32,000 bases of DNA from Candidatus Methanophagaceae archaeon (GTDB lineage: Archaea > Halobacteriota > Syntropharchaeia > Alkanophagales > Methanospirareceae). Made by a program: the position numbers and the translations under genes. Positions 16,144 to 24,645 of the stretch are shown piece by piece (positions within the stretch are counted from its first letter, which is position 1; each line of letters begins with the position of its first letter). The notes under the pieces were generated by a model that was not told the DNA's origin, did no database searches, and worked only from the letters and a program-made list of their open reading frames with translations. The stretch covers positions 430,444-462,443 of the forward strand of contig PQXB01000001.1 of the NCBI GenBank assembly GCA_003194425.1. Reading direction: 5' to 3'.

Positions 16144-16748
16144 CGCCCGACTGCTCTCCCTCTGCCTTTTTGACCTGCGGAGGTCTTCCCGCGGAAAACC
16201 CGCCCTTTGTGCTTCCTGCTGCAAATCCAGTTAAGGCTCTTGTCAGATTTTATCGCGGGGTTCGCGGGCTCGAGGAAGATTATTTCGTACCACTTCCGCT
16301 TCCCGTCCTCCGCGACCCAGTAAGAGTTGAGGACCTCGAGGTTCGGGTATTTCCTCGCGGCACGCTCCTCCGCAATTCGCTGCAGGCTCTTGGAAGGGGT
16401 TATTTTGTGCACCCCCATTCTTTTCGGTCGTCTCCCGTGCTTCGGTCTCTGCTTCCTTCGCCCGCCGCGCCGCACCTTCACCCGCACCACGAGGACGCCC
16501 TGCTTCGCCTTGTAGCCCAACGAGCGTGCGCGGTCCAACCTCGTCGGTCGCTTTACCCTCACAACCGCCGGCTCTCTCCGCCACGCCACTAACCGCTTCT
16601 GCCTGAGTTCTCTTGCTGCTGCCCCTGCTCCCGCCCTTGTTCCTGTTCCTGCCCTTGTTCCTGCCCTTCCTCCTGCGTTTGTTCCTGCGTAGGACGTTTC
16701 TGGTCGCTTCCACGCGTCGCGTACGAAACCATAAAATGACTTTGCCAT
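16140..16748 (-). CDS. rpl15e: 50S ribosomal protein L15e with an N-proximal low-complexity insert
   Basis: [46 protein letters not shown] and [28 protein letters not shown] are present. The insert is [25 protein letters not shown]. Confidence 0.92.
   Translation of the reverse strand: MAKSFYGFVRDAWKRPETSYAGTNAGGRAGTRAGTGTRAGAGAAARELRQKRLVAWRREPAVVRVKRPTRLDRARSLGYKAKQGVLVVRVKVRRGGRRKQRPKHGRRPKRMGVHKITPSKSLQRIAEERAARKYPNLEVLNSYWVAEDGKRKWYEIIFLEPANPAIKSDKSLNWICSRKHKGRVFRGKTSAGQKGRGRAVGR
16633..16686. repeat. in-frame 12-bp (and 6-bp half-unit) repeat inside rpl15e
   Basis: The + strand reads gcccttgttcct, gttcct, gcccttgttcct, gcccttcctcct, gcgtttgttcct. Confidence 0.8.
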
Positions 16749-16847
16749 TCTTTGTGTTCTCCTTAATTTTTCTTGATTTGAATTTAATGAGATGATTAAA
16801 TATAAGAGTAAAAAAACAAATTAGAGGAATACAAGTTAAGCAAGTAG

Positions 16848-17407
<560 letters not shown>

Positions 17408-17412
17408 ATCGA

Positions 17413-17498
17413 GCCGAGGTAGCTTAGCGGACAAAAGCGCCGGCCTTGAGAGCCGGTGTTCCTACAGGAACACAAGGGTTCAAATCCCTTCCTCGGCG
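17413..17498 (+). tRNA. tRNA-Ser (anticodon UGA), long variable arm
   Basis: Acceptor GCCGAGG/CCTCGGC plus discriminator G, anticodon stem CCGGC/GCCGG, loop CTTGAGA, variable arm TGTTCCTACAGGAACAC and T arm AAGGG-TTCAAAT-CCCTT. It starts 5 nt after the rpl37e stop. Confidence 0.9.
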
Positions 17499-17541
17499 TT
17501 CTCTCTGGGGTGAGGTGCGAGAAAAAAATAAGAATAAAAAA

Positions 17542-17994
17542 ATGAAAGAATACGAGTACGAGCAACTGTTAGACCGGGCGTTGAGGCAGCTGCCCGAGGG
17601 GAGCGGGACCGCTGCCGAGGGGGAGGCTGACTCACGCTTTGCTGTTCCAATGCTGCGGGTTTTTGTAGAGGGCAAGACCACGATTTTTGACAACTTTGAC
17701 GCGGTCTGCGACTACATAAATCGCGAGCAGGAGCACCTGATGAAATTCCTGCTGAACGAGTTGGGCACAGCGGGCAAGAAAGAGGGGAGCAGGGCGATTT
17801 TTCAGGGACAGTTCTCGAGAGAGGTGGTCGAGCAGCAGATTCAGCGCTACTTGGACGAGTTCGTGCTGTGCTGGGAGTGCAAGAAGCCGGACACTCATTT
17901 TGTGAAAATGGACCGTGTTTGGGTGCTGAAGTGTGATGCGTGCGGTGCGGTTCGCCCGATTATGAAACGGAAGGGCGTGAAGGCGAGGAAGTGA
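17542..17994 (+). CDS. eif2b: translation initiation factor aIF-2 beta subunit
   Basis: ATG 17542 gives MKEYEYEQLLDRALRQLPE. The C-terminal zinc ribbon is CWECKKPDTHFVKMDRVWVLKCDACG. The track start at 17446 reads through the tRNA-Ser gene and is rejected. Confidence 0.9.
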   Translation: MKEYEYEQLLDRALRQLPEGSGTAAEGEADSRFAVPMLRVFVEGKTTIFDNFDAVCDYINREQEHLMKFLLNELGTAGKKEGSRAIFQGQFSREVVEQQIQRYLDEFVLCWECKKPDTHFVKMDRVWVLKCDACGAVRPIMKRKGVKARK

Positions 17995-17995
17995 T

Positions 17996-18095
17996 TTTGA
18001 GGTTTAGTTTAGGGTTTAGGGGTTTGGAGACGCGGGGGGTTGGAGGCGCGGGGGTTTGGAGGTTTGGAGGTTTGGAGGCGCGGGGGTTTAGAGAG
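17996..18095. repeat. G-rich intergenic repeat tract (ggtttggagg and ggaggcgcgggggttt units)
   Basis: The tract reads ggtttagtttagggtttaggggtttggag..., with ggaggcgcgggggttt at 18043 and 18075 and ggaggtttggaggttt between them. G-runs sit at 18012-14, 18019-22, 18034-39, 18050-54 and 18082-86. Confidence 0.8.
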
Positions 18096-18099
18096 ACGA

Positions 18100-18705
18100 A
18101 TGGAGTTGTTGGAGAACGAGGTTGAGTTAGTGGGACGGCTCTGCGAGCGGATCGAGAGACGGGGGCGAGTGTTGGATCTTGGGTGCGGCACGGGAAAGTT
18201 GGGGATTTTTTTGAGTGAGGTTCTGGGCGGTGCTGTTGAGGTTACGGGAGTTGACACGGAGTTGGAGAAGGTAAAGAAGGCACGAGAGAACTCGCCCTCC
18301 ACGAATATTACGTTTGAGGTGCAGTCTGCGGAGGAGTTGGCTTTTGCAGACGAGACTTTCGACGCGGTCGTGTCGCTGAAGGCGTTGCACGAAATCGCTG
18401 AGCCTGGAAAGGCACTGCGGGAGGCGAGCCGGGTGCTGAAAGACGGCGGGCAGGTGTTTGTCGTTGACTGGGTTGGCGGAGGCGGTGCAGCCAGTGCCAC
18501 CACTCGTAAAACAAACACAAACACAAACACAAACACAAAAGCAAAAACAAAAACACAGACTCGCAGCGGACACGCGAGGAAGTATTTTACGAGGCAGCGT
18601 TTAGAAGAGCTTCTTTTGGACGCGGGCTTCCGCGGTCTGAAAATTGAAGTCAACAGAGAGGGCGAGTTAATGTTGGCGGAAGCGAGAAAAACAAAAATAA
18701 AATAA
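18100..18705 (+). CDS. class I SAM-dependent methyltransferase (small, Methyltransf_11-like) with a microsatellite insert
   Basis: ATG 18100 gives MELLENEVELVGRLCERIERRGRVLDLGCGTGKLG (motif I). FDAVVSLKALHE and LKDGGQVFVVDW (post-I/II) follow. The insert is GGGGAASATTRKTNTNTNTNTKAKTKTQTR. Confidence 0.7.
   Translation: MELLENEVELVGRLCERIERRGRVLDLGCGTGKLGIFLSEVLGGAVEVTGVDTELEKVKKARENSPSTNITFEVQSAEELAFADETFDAVVSLKALHEIAEPGKALREASRVLKDGGQVFVVDWVGGGGAASATTRKTNTNTNTNTKAKTKTQTRSGHARKYFTRQRLEELLLDAGFRGLKIEVNREGELMLAEARKTKIK
18511..18556. repeat. hexanucleotide microsatellite (acaaac)x4 perfect plus degenerate copies, in frame in the methyltransferase
   Basis: acaaac occurs at 18511, 18517, 18523 and 18529, followed by acaaaa, gcaaaa, acaaaa and acacag. 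Confidence 0.95.
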
Positions 18706-18737
18706 GGTAAAAGAGTTAAGAAGAGAGTGAAGGAAAA

Positions 18738-20345
18738 ATGAGCGGAAACGAGCCATTCATAAAAATCGCGGGCATTTGCAAGGAGTTTGAGGGCAAGGAA
18801 GTTCTGAAGAATGTGAGCGTGGAAATAAACGAAGGGGAGTCGTTGGGTCTGCTCGGCAGGAGCGGTTCAGGGAAGTCGGTCCTGCTTCATATGTTGCGAG
18901 GCACCGAGGAGTACGCACCAACGAGCGGCGAGATAATTTTCAGGGTCGCTGTCTGCCCCTCGCCCGCGTGCGGTAGGGTAGAACCGCCGAGCAAAGCCGG
19001 TGACCCGTGCTCCAAGTGTGGTGCGGAGTTGGAGTTTAGGGAGGTGAATTTTTGGAAGGACCGGGAAGCGAGGAAGCGGGTGAAGAAGGCTGTTGCAATT
19101 ATGCTGCAGCGAACCTTTGGTCTCTACGGGGACGACACTGTGATGTACAATGTCTTGCAGGCGTTGGAGAGCAGGAACTACCCCGCGGACAAGCGGTTCA
19201 GGCGGGCTTACGAACTGCTGAAGGCGGTAAAAATGATTCACCGAATTTCCTTCCCTGCAAGCGACCTCAGCGGCGGCGAGAAGCAGCGAGTAGTCCTGGC
19301 ACGGCAGTTGGCGTTAGACCCGATGCTGCTCCTCGCGGACGAGCCGACTGGGACGCTGGACTTTGAGACTGCGAAACTTGTTCACAAGGCACTGAAAGAC
19401 AGCGTAAAAGCTGGAATGACGATGATCACGACCTCGCACTGGCCTTATGTAATCGAGGAACTGACAGAGAAGACTTTGTGGCTGGACCACGGCGAGATCG
19501 TCGAGTACGGGGCGACGAAAGAGGTCGTAGAAGAATTTAAGAAGCAGGTCGGGGAAATCGAGCGGGAGGAGTACGCGAAACTCGGGAAGCCGAAGATAAA
19601 AATCGAGCACTGCAAGAAGTACTACTACTCGCTGTGGCGGGGAATGGTGAAGGCGGTGGACGATGTCTCGCTCACGATAAACGAGAACGAGATATTTGGG
19701 ATTGTGGGCAAGAGCGGGTCAGGAAAAACGAGTTTAGCGCGGATTATCTGCCAAATTGACGCTCTTACTGGTGGCTCGGTCAAGATAAGAAGCGGGGAAG
19801 AGAGGTGGATTGAGGTCGGAAGGGTAGCAGAGACAGGCGTTTGGATTGCTTGGGGTGCGAGAACGCCGGGTGTGGGCGAGCAGGCAGCGACGCACGTCGC
19901 GATGCTGCACCAAGAATATTCGCTCTACCCTGAGAACACGGTCTTGGAGAACCTGACGAGTTGCATCGGCTTGAAAATACCCGAGGAGTTGGCGAAGATG
20001 AAGGTGCTTTTTATTCTGCAGAGCATCGGCTTCAGCGAGGACGAGGCGCTGGAGATTCTGCCGAAGGACCACACACAACTGAGTGCGGGCGAGCGGCAGC
20101 GGATTGTTTTGGCGCAGGTCTTGATGAAGGAGCCTGCGGTTGCCATTCTCGACGAGCCGACTGGAACGATGGACCCGATAACAAAGAAGTTCGTCGCCGA
20201 ATCGATAAGGGCGGCGCGGGAGAACCTGGGAATTACTTTCCTGATCGTCTCGCACGACCTTGATTTTGTTAAAATGGTCTGCGACCGGGCGGCGCATATG
20301 AAAAACGGGAAGGTGACGGAGGTAGAGGACTTGAGGGGTGCGTGA
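18738..20345 (+). CDS. atwA: methyl-coenzyme M reductase system component A2 (double ABC ATPase)
   Basis: 535 aa with two ABC cassettes (GRSGSGKS ... [15 protein letters not shown] ... [11 protein letters not shown], then GKSGSGKT ... [15 protein letters not shown] ... [10 protein letters not shown]). The cysteine-containing insert [23 protein letters not shown] in cassette 1 is, as I recall, characteristic of the component A2 family. Confidence 0.85.
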   Translation: MSGNEPFIKIAGICKEFEGKEVLKNVSVEINEGESLGLLGRSGSGKSVLLHMLRGTEEYAPTSGEIIFRVAVCPSPACGRVEPPSKAGDPCSKCGAELEFREVNFWKDREARKRVKKAVAIMLQRTFGLYGDDTVMYNVLQALESRNYPADKRFRRAYELLKAVKMIHRISFPASDLSGGEKQRVVLARQLALDPMLLLADEPTGTLDFETAKLVHKALKDSVKAGMTMITTSHWPYVIEELTEKTLWLDHGEIVEYGATKEVVEEFKKQVGEIEREEYAKLGKPKIKIEHCKKYYYSLWRGMVKAVDDVSLTINENEIFGIVGKSGSGKTSLARIICQIDALTGGSVKIRSGEERWIEVGRVAETGVWIAWGARTPGVGEQAATHVAMLHQEYSLYPENTVLENLTSCIGLKIPEELAKMKVLFILQSIGFSEDEALEILPKDHTQLSAGERQRIVLAQVLMKEPAVAILDEPTGTMDPITKKFVAESIRAARENLGITFLIVSHDLDFVKMVCDRAAHMKNGKVTEVEDLRGA

Positions 20346-20411
20346 AAAAGAGGCGTGAAAAAGAGGCGTAAAAAAGAAGCGTAAAAGAAGGGTGAAAAAG
20401 AAGTGTGAAAA
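20340..20411. repeat. 12-13-bp tandem repeat x5.5 occupying the whole atwA-mcrC spacer
   Basis: gcgtgaaaaagag occurs at 20340 (it contains the atwA TGA at 20343..20345) and at 20353. Degenerate copies follow: gcgtaaaaaagaa, gcgtaaaagaag, ggtgaaaaagaa and gtgtgaaaa, the last running into the mcrC ATG at 20412. Confidence 0.9.
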
Positions 20412-21011
20412 ATGGCAGTAGGAAGAGAGACGCAGGTTGTAGCGTGTAGAAAAGGGCAGGCACTCGGGTTGGGCGGCGGGATCGCACAGCGCGGGACTTT
20501 TGCAAAGGCGTGGCGGAACGATGTAATCGCGGTCGCGATGTCGCCGGGCTACAGGCACGTGCCGAAGCCGGTCTGCCAAATAACCACTGAATTGCGGGGC
20601 AGGGGAATAAACACGGGCGAGATAATTTTGAACGCCGGGGACGGAACGCCAGCGGACGCACCCTCAGGCGGCGGGCACGGCGTAGCCTTCGGTCTCGAGC
20701 CGCGGGAGATTGAGATCATTGGACAGCACAAACTCGCGATTTTGCACCACGGCAACGTAAAAGAGCATTTCATCTACAAGGTGCGGTTTGAGTTGCGGAA
20801 GGTCGCGGTGCCTGCGATCGTTCTCTGCCAGTCGCCGCTGACCTTTGAAGACTTCGAGGAAATCGGCGTGAGCACGCGGAACAAAGCCGGCGAGACGCCT
20901 GGCAAAGTCGTGGGAATTGTTACAGGCATCGTGCGAAACGCGGACGTCCCGCAAGCGAAACTCGACGAAATCGTGAGCAAGGTAAAAATGTGCCTCCGAG
21001 AACTCTCTTAA
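20412..21011 (+). CDS. mcrC: methyl-coenzyme M reductase operon protein C
   Basis: 199 aa. GGGIAQRGTFA, VIAVAMSPGYRHVPKPVCQIT, DAPSGG, LAILHHGNVKEHFIYKVRF, FEDFEEIGV and KLDEIVSKVK are collinear with McrC as I remember it from Methanothermobacter. No mcrA/B/G/D gene is in the window. Confidence 0.9.
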   Translation: MAVGRETQVVACRKGQALGLGGGIAQRGTFAKAWRNDVIAVAMSPGYRHVPKPVCQITTELRGRGINTGEIILNAGDGTPADAPSGGGHGVAFGLEPREIEIIGQHKLAILHHGNVKEHFIYKVRFELRKVAVPAIVLCQSPLTFEDFEEIGVSTRNKAGETPGKVVGIVTGIVRNADVPQAKLDEIVSKVKMCLRELS

Positions 21012-21067
21012 CCTTTTTATATTCTTTTATTTTCTTGTTTAGTGGAAGAAGAAGAGGAAAAGGCAGG

Positions 21068-21139
21068 GGGCTCGTAGCTCAGGGGAAGAGTGCCTCCTTC
21101 GCGAGGAGGATGCCACGGGTTCAAATCCCGTCGAGTCCA
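21068..21139 (+). tRNA. tRNA-Ala (anticodon CGC)
   Basis: Acceptor GGGCTCG/CGAGTCC with the G3:U70 alanine identity pair, discriminator A, anticodon stem CCTCC/GGAGG, loop TTCGCGA and T arm ACGGG-TTCAAAT-CCCGT. Confidence 0.9.
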
Positions 21140-21257
21140 TAAACAAACTTTTGGAAAAGTTTGACCAAAACGCTTCGCGGAGAAGATGGAAAAGAAAAGA
21201 AGGCTTTACTAAAAGAAAATCATTGTAGAAGAGAAGAAAAACGAAGAGGTGACAAAA

Positions 21258-22082
21258 ATGCAAATGATGCCACAGATGGGGTACGACAGGGCGATAACGG
21301 TCTTCAGCCCTGACGGAAGATTATTTCAGGTGGAGTACGCGCGGGAAGCAGTGAAGCGAGGGACTACCGCGGTCGGAATAAAGGCGAAGGACGGCGTTGT
21401 GCTGCTCGTAGACAAGAGGCTGACTTCTCGGCTGCTGGAAGGCGGCTCGGTAGAGAAGATTTTTCAAATCGACGACCACATCGGAGCCGCGACCTCGGGA
21501 CTGGTCGCGGACGCACGAATGCTAATCGACCGGGGCAGAGTAGAAGCCCAGATAAACAAAATCGTCTACGACGAGCCGATCGATGTTCAGACGCTCGCGA
21601 AGAAGATCTGCGACTTTAAGCAGGCTTACACTCAATTCGGCGGAACCAGACCGTTTGGCACGGCGCTGCTGCTTGCAGGCGTTTACAACGGGAACAATTA
21701 TCTCCTTGAGACCGACCCGAGCGGGGCGTTGCTCGAGTACAAAGCGACCGCGATCGGCTCTGGACGGAGCATCGTTACCGAGATATTTGAGGAAATGTAC
21801 GACGATGACATTCTGCTTGAAGACGCCCTCTTGCTCGGCTTGGAAGCGTTGTACAAAGTAACCGAGGGGCGAATTGACATAACTACCGTAGACGCAGGTC
21901 TCACAGAATCGGAGAAGAAGGGCTTTCGGATTTTGAGTGCCGACGAATTGGAGCCGTACCTCAAGAAAGTGCAGAGCAGGAAAGAGAAAGCAGGGGAAAA
22001 GGCAGAGGCAGGCGCAGAGGCAGGGGCAGAGGCAGGAGCAGGGGGCGAGAGAGAGGCGAAAAGAGGGAAGAGAAAAGCGTGA
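21258..22082 (+). CDS. psmA: proteasome subunit alpha with a repeat-bearing C-terminal tail
   Basis: ATG 21258 gives [42 protein letters not shown], a canonical archaeal PsmA N-terminus. The tail is [33 protein letters not shown]. Confidence 0.95.
   Translation: MQMMPQMGYDRAITVFSPDGRLFQVEYAREAVKRGTTAVGIKAKDGVVLLVDKRLTSRLLEGGSVEKIFQIDDHIGAATSGLVADARMLIDRGRVEAQINKIVYDEPIDVQTLAKKICDFKQAYTQFGGTRPFGTALLLAGVYNGNNYLLETDPSGALLEYKATAIGSGRSIVTEIFEEMYDDDILLEDALLLGLEALYKVTEGRIDITTVDAGLTESEKKGFRILSADELEPYLKKVQSRKEKAGEKAEAGAEAGAEAGAGGEREAKRGKRKA
22002..22037. repeat. in-frame 12-bp repeat x3 in the psmA tail (AEAG)
   Basis: gcagaggcaggc at 22002, gcagaggcaggg at 22014 and gcagaggcagga at 22026. Confidence 0.9.
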
Positions 22083-22111
22083 GGGAAAGGAACTAAAGCG
22101 TAAAGGGCAAA

Positions 22112-22816
22112 ATGGTAAGTCTTGAAAAGGCGGTGGTGGCGAGGTTCAAGCACGGTAAGAAGACTTTTGAGGTTCTTGTAGACCCGGAGAAGGCGGATTT
22201 GATTAGAAGCGGGGGCGAAGGAGAGGGAAAAATAGAAGTAGAAGAGGCGTTGGCGGCGGAAGAGATTTTTGAGGACGCGTCAAAGGGCAAGAAAGCGACA
22301 GAGAGCAATTTGACCGCGGTCTTCTCTACCACTGAGGTAGCAGAGGTGGCGAGGCGAATAATTAGAGAAGGCGAGGTGCAGCTTACCGCGGAGCAGCGGA
22401 AGCGGAAAGTGGAGGAGAAGAAGAGGGCGGTGGTAGAGCGGATTTCCCGCATCTCAATTAACCCGAAGACGAACACCCCGCACCCGCCGCAGCGGATAGA
22501 AATCGCAATGAAGGAGGCGAAGGTGCACATTGACCCTTTCAAGAGCGTTGACGAGTTGGTGGCTACGACGCTGAAGGCGATAAGGCCGAAAATCCCGATA
22601 AAAATCGAGGAGACGAAAATTGCGATAAAAATCCCCGCCGCCTACACCGCCAGGGTCTACGAGATAAAAAAGAATTACGAGGTGGCGAAGGAGGAGTGGC
22701 AGGCGGACGGCTCGTTCATCGCGCTGGTGAAAGTTCCTGCAGGAGTGCGGGACGAACTCTTCGATTTCTTGAACGCCCTGACAAAAGGCGAGGTGCAGAC
22801 GAAAATCGTGAAGTGA
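22112..22816 (+). CDS. SBDS-family ribosome maturation protein (Sdo1)
   Basis: 234 aa. MVSLEKAVVARFKHGKKTFEVLVDPEKA is a FYSH-domain N-terminus. The psmA-SBDS order is conserved in archaea, but the exosome genes that often follow are absent here. Confidence 0.9.
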   Translation: MVSLEKAVVARFKHGKKTFEVLVDPEKADLIRSGGEGEGKIEVEEALAAEEIFEDASKGKKATESNLTAVFSTTEVAEVARRIIREGEVQLTAEQRKRKVEEKKRAVVERISRISINPKTNTPHPPQRIEIAMKEAKVHIDPFKSVDELVATTLKAIRPKIPIKIEETKIAIKIPAAYTARVYEIKKNYEVAKEEWQADGSFIALVKVPAGVRDELFDFLNALTKGEVQTKIVK

Positions 22817-22818
22817 AT

Positions 22819-23127
22819 TCACACTGTTTCTTGCCGCCGCAAATGCTCGGCACGGACAAACAACTCCTTCGCCTTCTTCTTTCCCCGCCGACCGTCCGAA
22901 ATCTGCACGACAAACGCCCTACCCCGCTCTCCTTTTACCCTGCCGGTCAAGCCGTGAAATCGGTGGTGCGGCATTCCCTTGTGAACGCTAGGGTCAATTT
23001 TGATGTGCACTCGATCTCCCGGCTCAAACCTCTGAATCGCTCGGCTTATCGGGGACAGACCCCGCTCCCGCTTCCGCTTGCTCAACTTCCTCCTCGTCCT
23101 CTTTCTTTCACCCTGTGAACGTGCCAT
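22819..23127 (-). CDS. rpl21e: 50S ribosomal protein L21e
   Basis: 102 aa. FEPGDRVHIKIDPSVHKGMPHHRFHGLTGRV is the SH3-like L21e core. It converges on the SBDS gene with a 2-nt gap. Confidence 0.92.
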   Translation of the reverse strand: MARSQGERKRTRRKLSKRKRERGLSPISRAIQRFEPGDRVHIKIDPSVHKGMPHHRFHGLTGRVKGERGRAFVVQISDGRRGKKKAKELFVRAEHLRRQETV

Positions 23128-23172
23128 CTTCTTCGCTACCTCGGATTGAATTTGTTTTTATATTAAATATTA

Positions 23173-23206
23173 TTTTTAGTAAGTGTATTTTAGTAAATTT
23201 TAGTAA
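23173..23206. repeat. AT-rich repeat (attttagtaa x3) in the divergent rpl21e/mpgS promoter region, next to a TATA-like tttttatattaaatatt (23155..23171)
   Basis: ttttagtaa occurs at 23174, and attttagtaa at 23187 and 23197. The tract ends 8 nt before the mpgS ATG. Confidence 0.75.
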
Positions 23207-23214
23207 AAGAGAAA

Positions 23215-24645
23215 ATGCTGCTTGAAATGCCAAGGCACACGGAAATCTTCGGCTCGGTTAAGGTTCACGAGCTACAACGCGTGCTAAAATTAGACTCCGG
23301 CGGGTTTGAGAACCCACGTGCAAAGGACATTAGTTCTGAAGAGCTTAAAGGGGTTTTAAAGCGTTCTGCAATCGTGGTTCCGGTAAAGAACGAGAACCTG
23401 AACCTGCTGGACGGTGTTTTGCGGGCGATTCCGTTTGACTGCTCGATTATCGTGGTCTCGAACAGCGAGCGGGTCTCGCAGGACACCTACAAAATGGAGC
23501 GGGAGCTGGTAACTAACACCCACGACCTGACGCAGCAGGAGATTCTCATAATTCACCAGAAAGACCCCGGATTAGGCTCTGCTTTTCACGAAGTTGGTTA
23601 TGAGGAGATTCTTGAGAAGGAGAAGTTGGACGGAAAGGAGGCGGGAGAGGAGGCGGGAGAGGAGGCGGGAGAGGAGGCGGGAGAGGAGACAGGAAAGGAG
23701 AAGAAGAAATGGTTGGTCAGGGACGGGAAATCAGAGGGGATGATCATTGGGATGCTGCTTGCGAAGTCGCTGGGCAAGGATTTTATCGGGTTCGCAGACG
23801 CCGACAATTTTGTGCCTGGTGCGGTGCGGGAATATGTGATGGATTTTGCTGCTGGGTTCTGTATGTCTGAGTCGCCGTTCTCGATGGTGCGACTTCACTG
23901 GCGCTACAAGCCGAAGGTCGTGGAGGACAAACTCTACTTCAAGAAATGGGGACGGGTCAGCGAGACCACGAACAAGTACCTCAACCTCCTCATCTCTACC
24001 TGCACGGGCTTCGAGACCGGGGTCGTGATCACCGGGAACGCGGGCGAGCACGCACTGACGACGAGGCTCGCAGACTTGATGTGCTACTCTACCGGCTACA
24101 CAATCGAGCCCTACCACTTCGTTTTTCTCTTCGACAAGTTTGGACCAAGGGAGGCGGAGGAGTCTGCTGAGAAGGTGGGTGCTGAGAAGGTGGGTGCTGA
24201 GAAGGCGGGTACTGAGAAGGCGGGTACTGAGAAGGCGAGTTCAGAAGCTGCGAACGCGGGGATTGAGATCTTTCAGATCGAGACATTGAACCCGCACTTG
24301 CACGAAGAGAAGGGGGAGGCGCACATTAATGAAATGCTGACCGGCTCGCTGCGAATGGTCTACAACTGCAGGCTCTGTAACGATTATGTGAAGTCGAAGG
24401 TGCTTGCAGAGTTGGAGGGTTTGGAGGCGTTGCAGGAGGATTGGGAAGCCAGGTCAAGGTGGAAGGGCAAACCCAGCCACATAATGCCGCCTGTTGGAAG
24501 AATTGATGTGGGGAAATTTATGAAAGTGCTGAAGAGCAGTTCTGAGTCTCTACTAAGGTGCAAGCAAGGGGCTACAAAGTGTGAAGTGGTGGAGCGGGGG
24601 AGGGGAGAGAAGAAAAATGAAACGAGTTCTTTTTACAGACCTTGA
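23215..24645 (+). CDS. mpgS: mannosyl-3-phosphoglycerate synthase (GT55) with two repeat inserts and a C-terminal extension
   Basis: MLLEMPRHTEIFGSVKVHELQRV, VVPVKNENLNLLDGVL, IIHQKDPGLGSAF, GFADADNFVPGAVREYV, MVRLHWRYKPKV, YFKKWGRVSETTN, TGNAGEHALT and IEIFQIETLNPHLHEEKG are collinear with Pyrococcus MpgS as I recall it. The inserts are (EAGE)x4 and (AEKVG)x5. The last 28 or so residues extend past the usual ...SESLLR end and overlap mpgP by 29 nt. Confidence 0.92.
   Translation: MLLEMPRHTEIFGSVKVHELQRVLKLDSGGFENPRAKDISSEELKGVLKRSAIVVPVKNENLNLLDGVLRAIPFDCSIIVVSNSERVSQDTYKMERELVTNTHDLTQQEILIIHQKDPGLGSAFHEVGYEEILEKEKLDGKEAGEEAGEEAGEEAGEETGKEKKKWLVRDGKSEGMIIGMLLAKSLGKDFIGFADADNFVPGAVREYVMDFAAGFCMSESPFSMVRLHWRYKPKVVEDKLYFKKWGRVSETTNKYLNLLISTCTGFETGVVITGNAGEHALTTRLADLMCYSTGYTIEPYHFVFLFDKFGPREAEESAEKVGAEKVGAEKAGTEKAGTEKASSEAANAGIEIFQIETLNPHLHEEKGEAHINEMLTGSLRMVYNCRLCNDYVKSKVLAELEGLEALQEDWEARSRWKGKPSHIMPPVGRIDVGKFMKVLKSSSESLLRCKQGATKCEVVERGRGEKKNETSSFYRP
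23638..23697. repeat. in-frame 12-bp repeat x4 perfect plus one degenerate copy (gaggcgggagag) in mpgS
   Basis: Identical copies at 23638, 23650, 23662 and 23674, then gagacaggaaag. Confidence 0.95.
24166..24240. repeat. in-frame 15-bp repeat x5 (gctgagaaggtgggt and variants) in mpgS
   Basis: Copies at 24166, 24181, 24196, 24211 and 24226 show stepwise single-base drift (gtgggt to gcgggt, gctgag to actgag, gcgggt to gcgagt). Confidence 0.95.

Noticed and set aside
17446-17541. Longer N-terminus for aIF2-beta (track start 17446)
   Set aside because: That extension is read straight through the tRNA-Ser gene (17413..17498). ATG 17542 gives a normal-length aIF2-beta.
18001-18030. Telomere-like TTTAGGG units
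   Set aside because: There are only two imperfect units embedded in a larger local repeat in the middle of a gene-dense region. This is treated as coincidence.
19734-20661. Minus-strand ORFs 19734..20579 (281 aa) and 20269..20661 (130 aa)
   Set aside because: They are antisense to atwA and mcrC, which both have strong family motifs. Their products are R/L/P-rich with no recognisable domain.
21012-21067. Promoter call for tRNA-Ala from the T-rich stretch cctttttatattcttttattttc
   Set aside because: The AT-rich elements are centred about 38-50 nt upstream of the mature 5-prime end rather than about 26-30 nt, and they could equally be the mcrC terminator. This is too ambiguous to annotate.
24581-24616. 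Longer N-terminus for mpgP (track start 24581) and the analogous extension for the methyltransferase (18040)
   Set aside because: The HAD motif I DLDGT must sit within about 10 residues of the N-terminus, which fits ATG 24617. Position 18040 lies in the G-rich spacer repeat, and ATG 18100 precedes the Rossmann motif at the normal distance.
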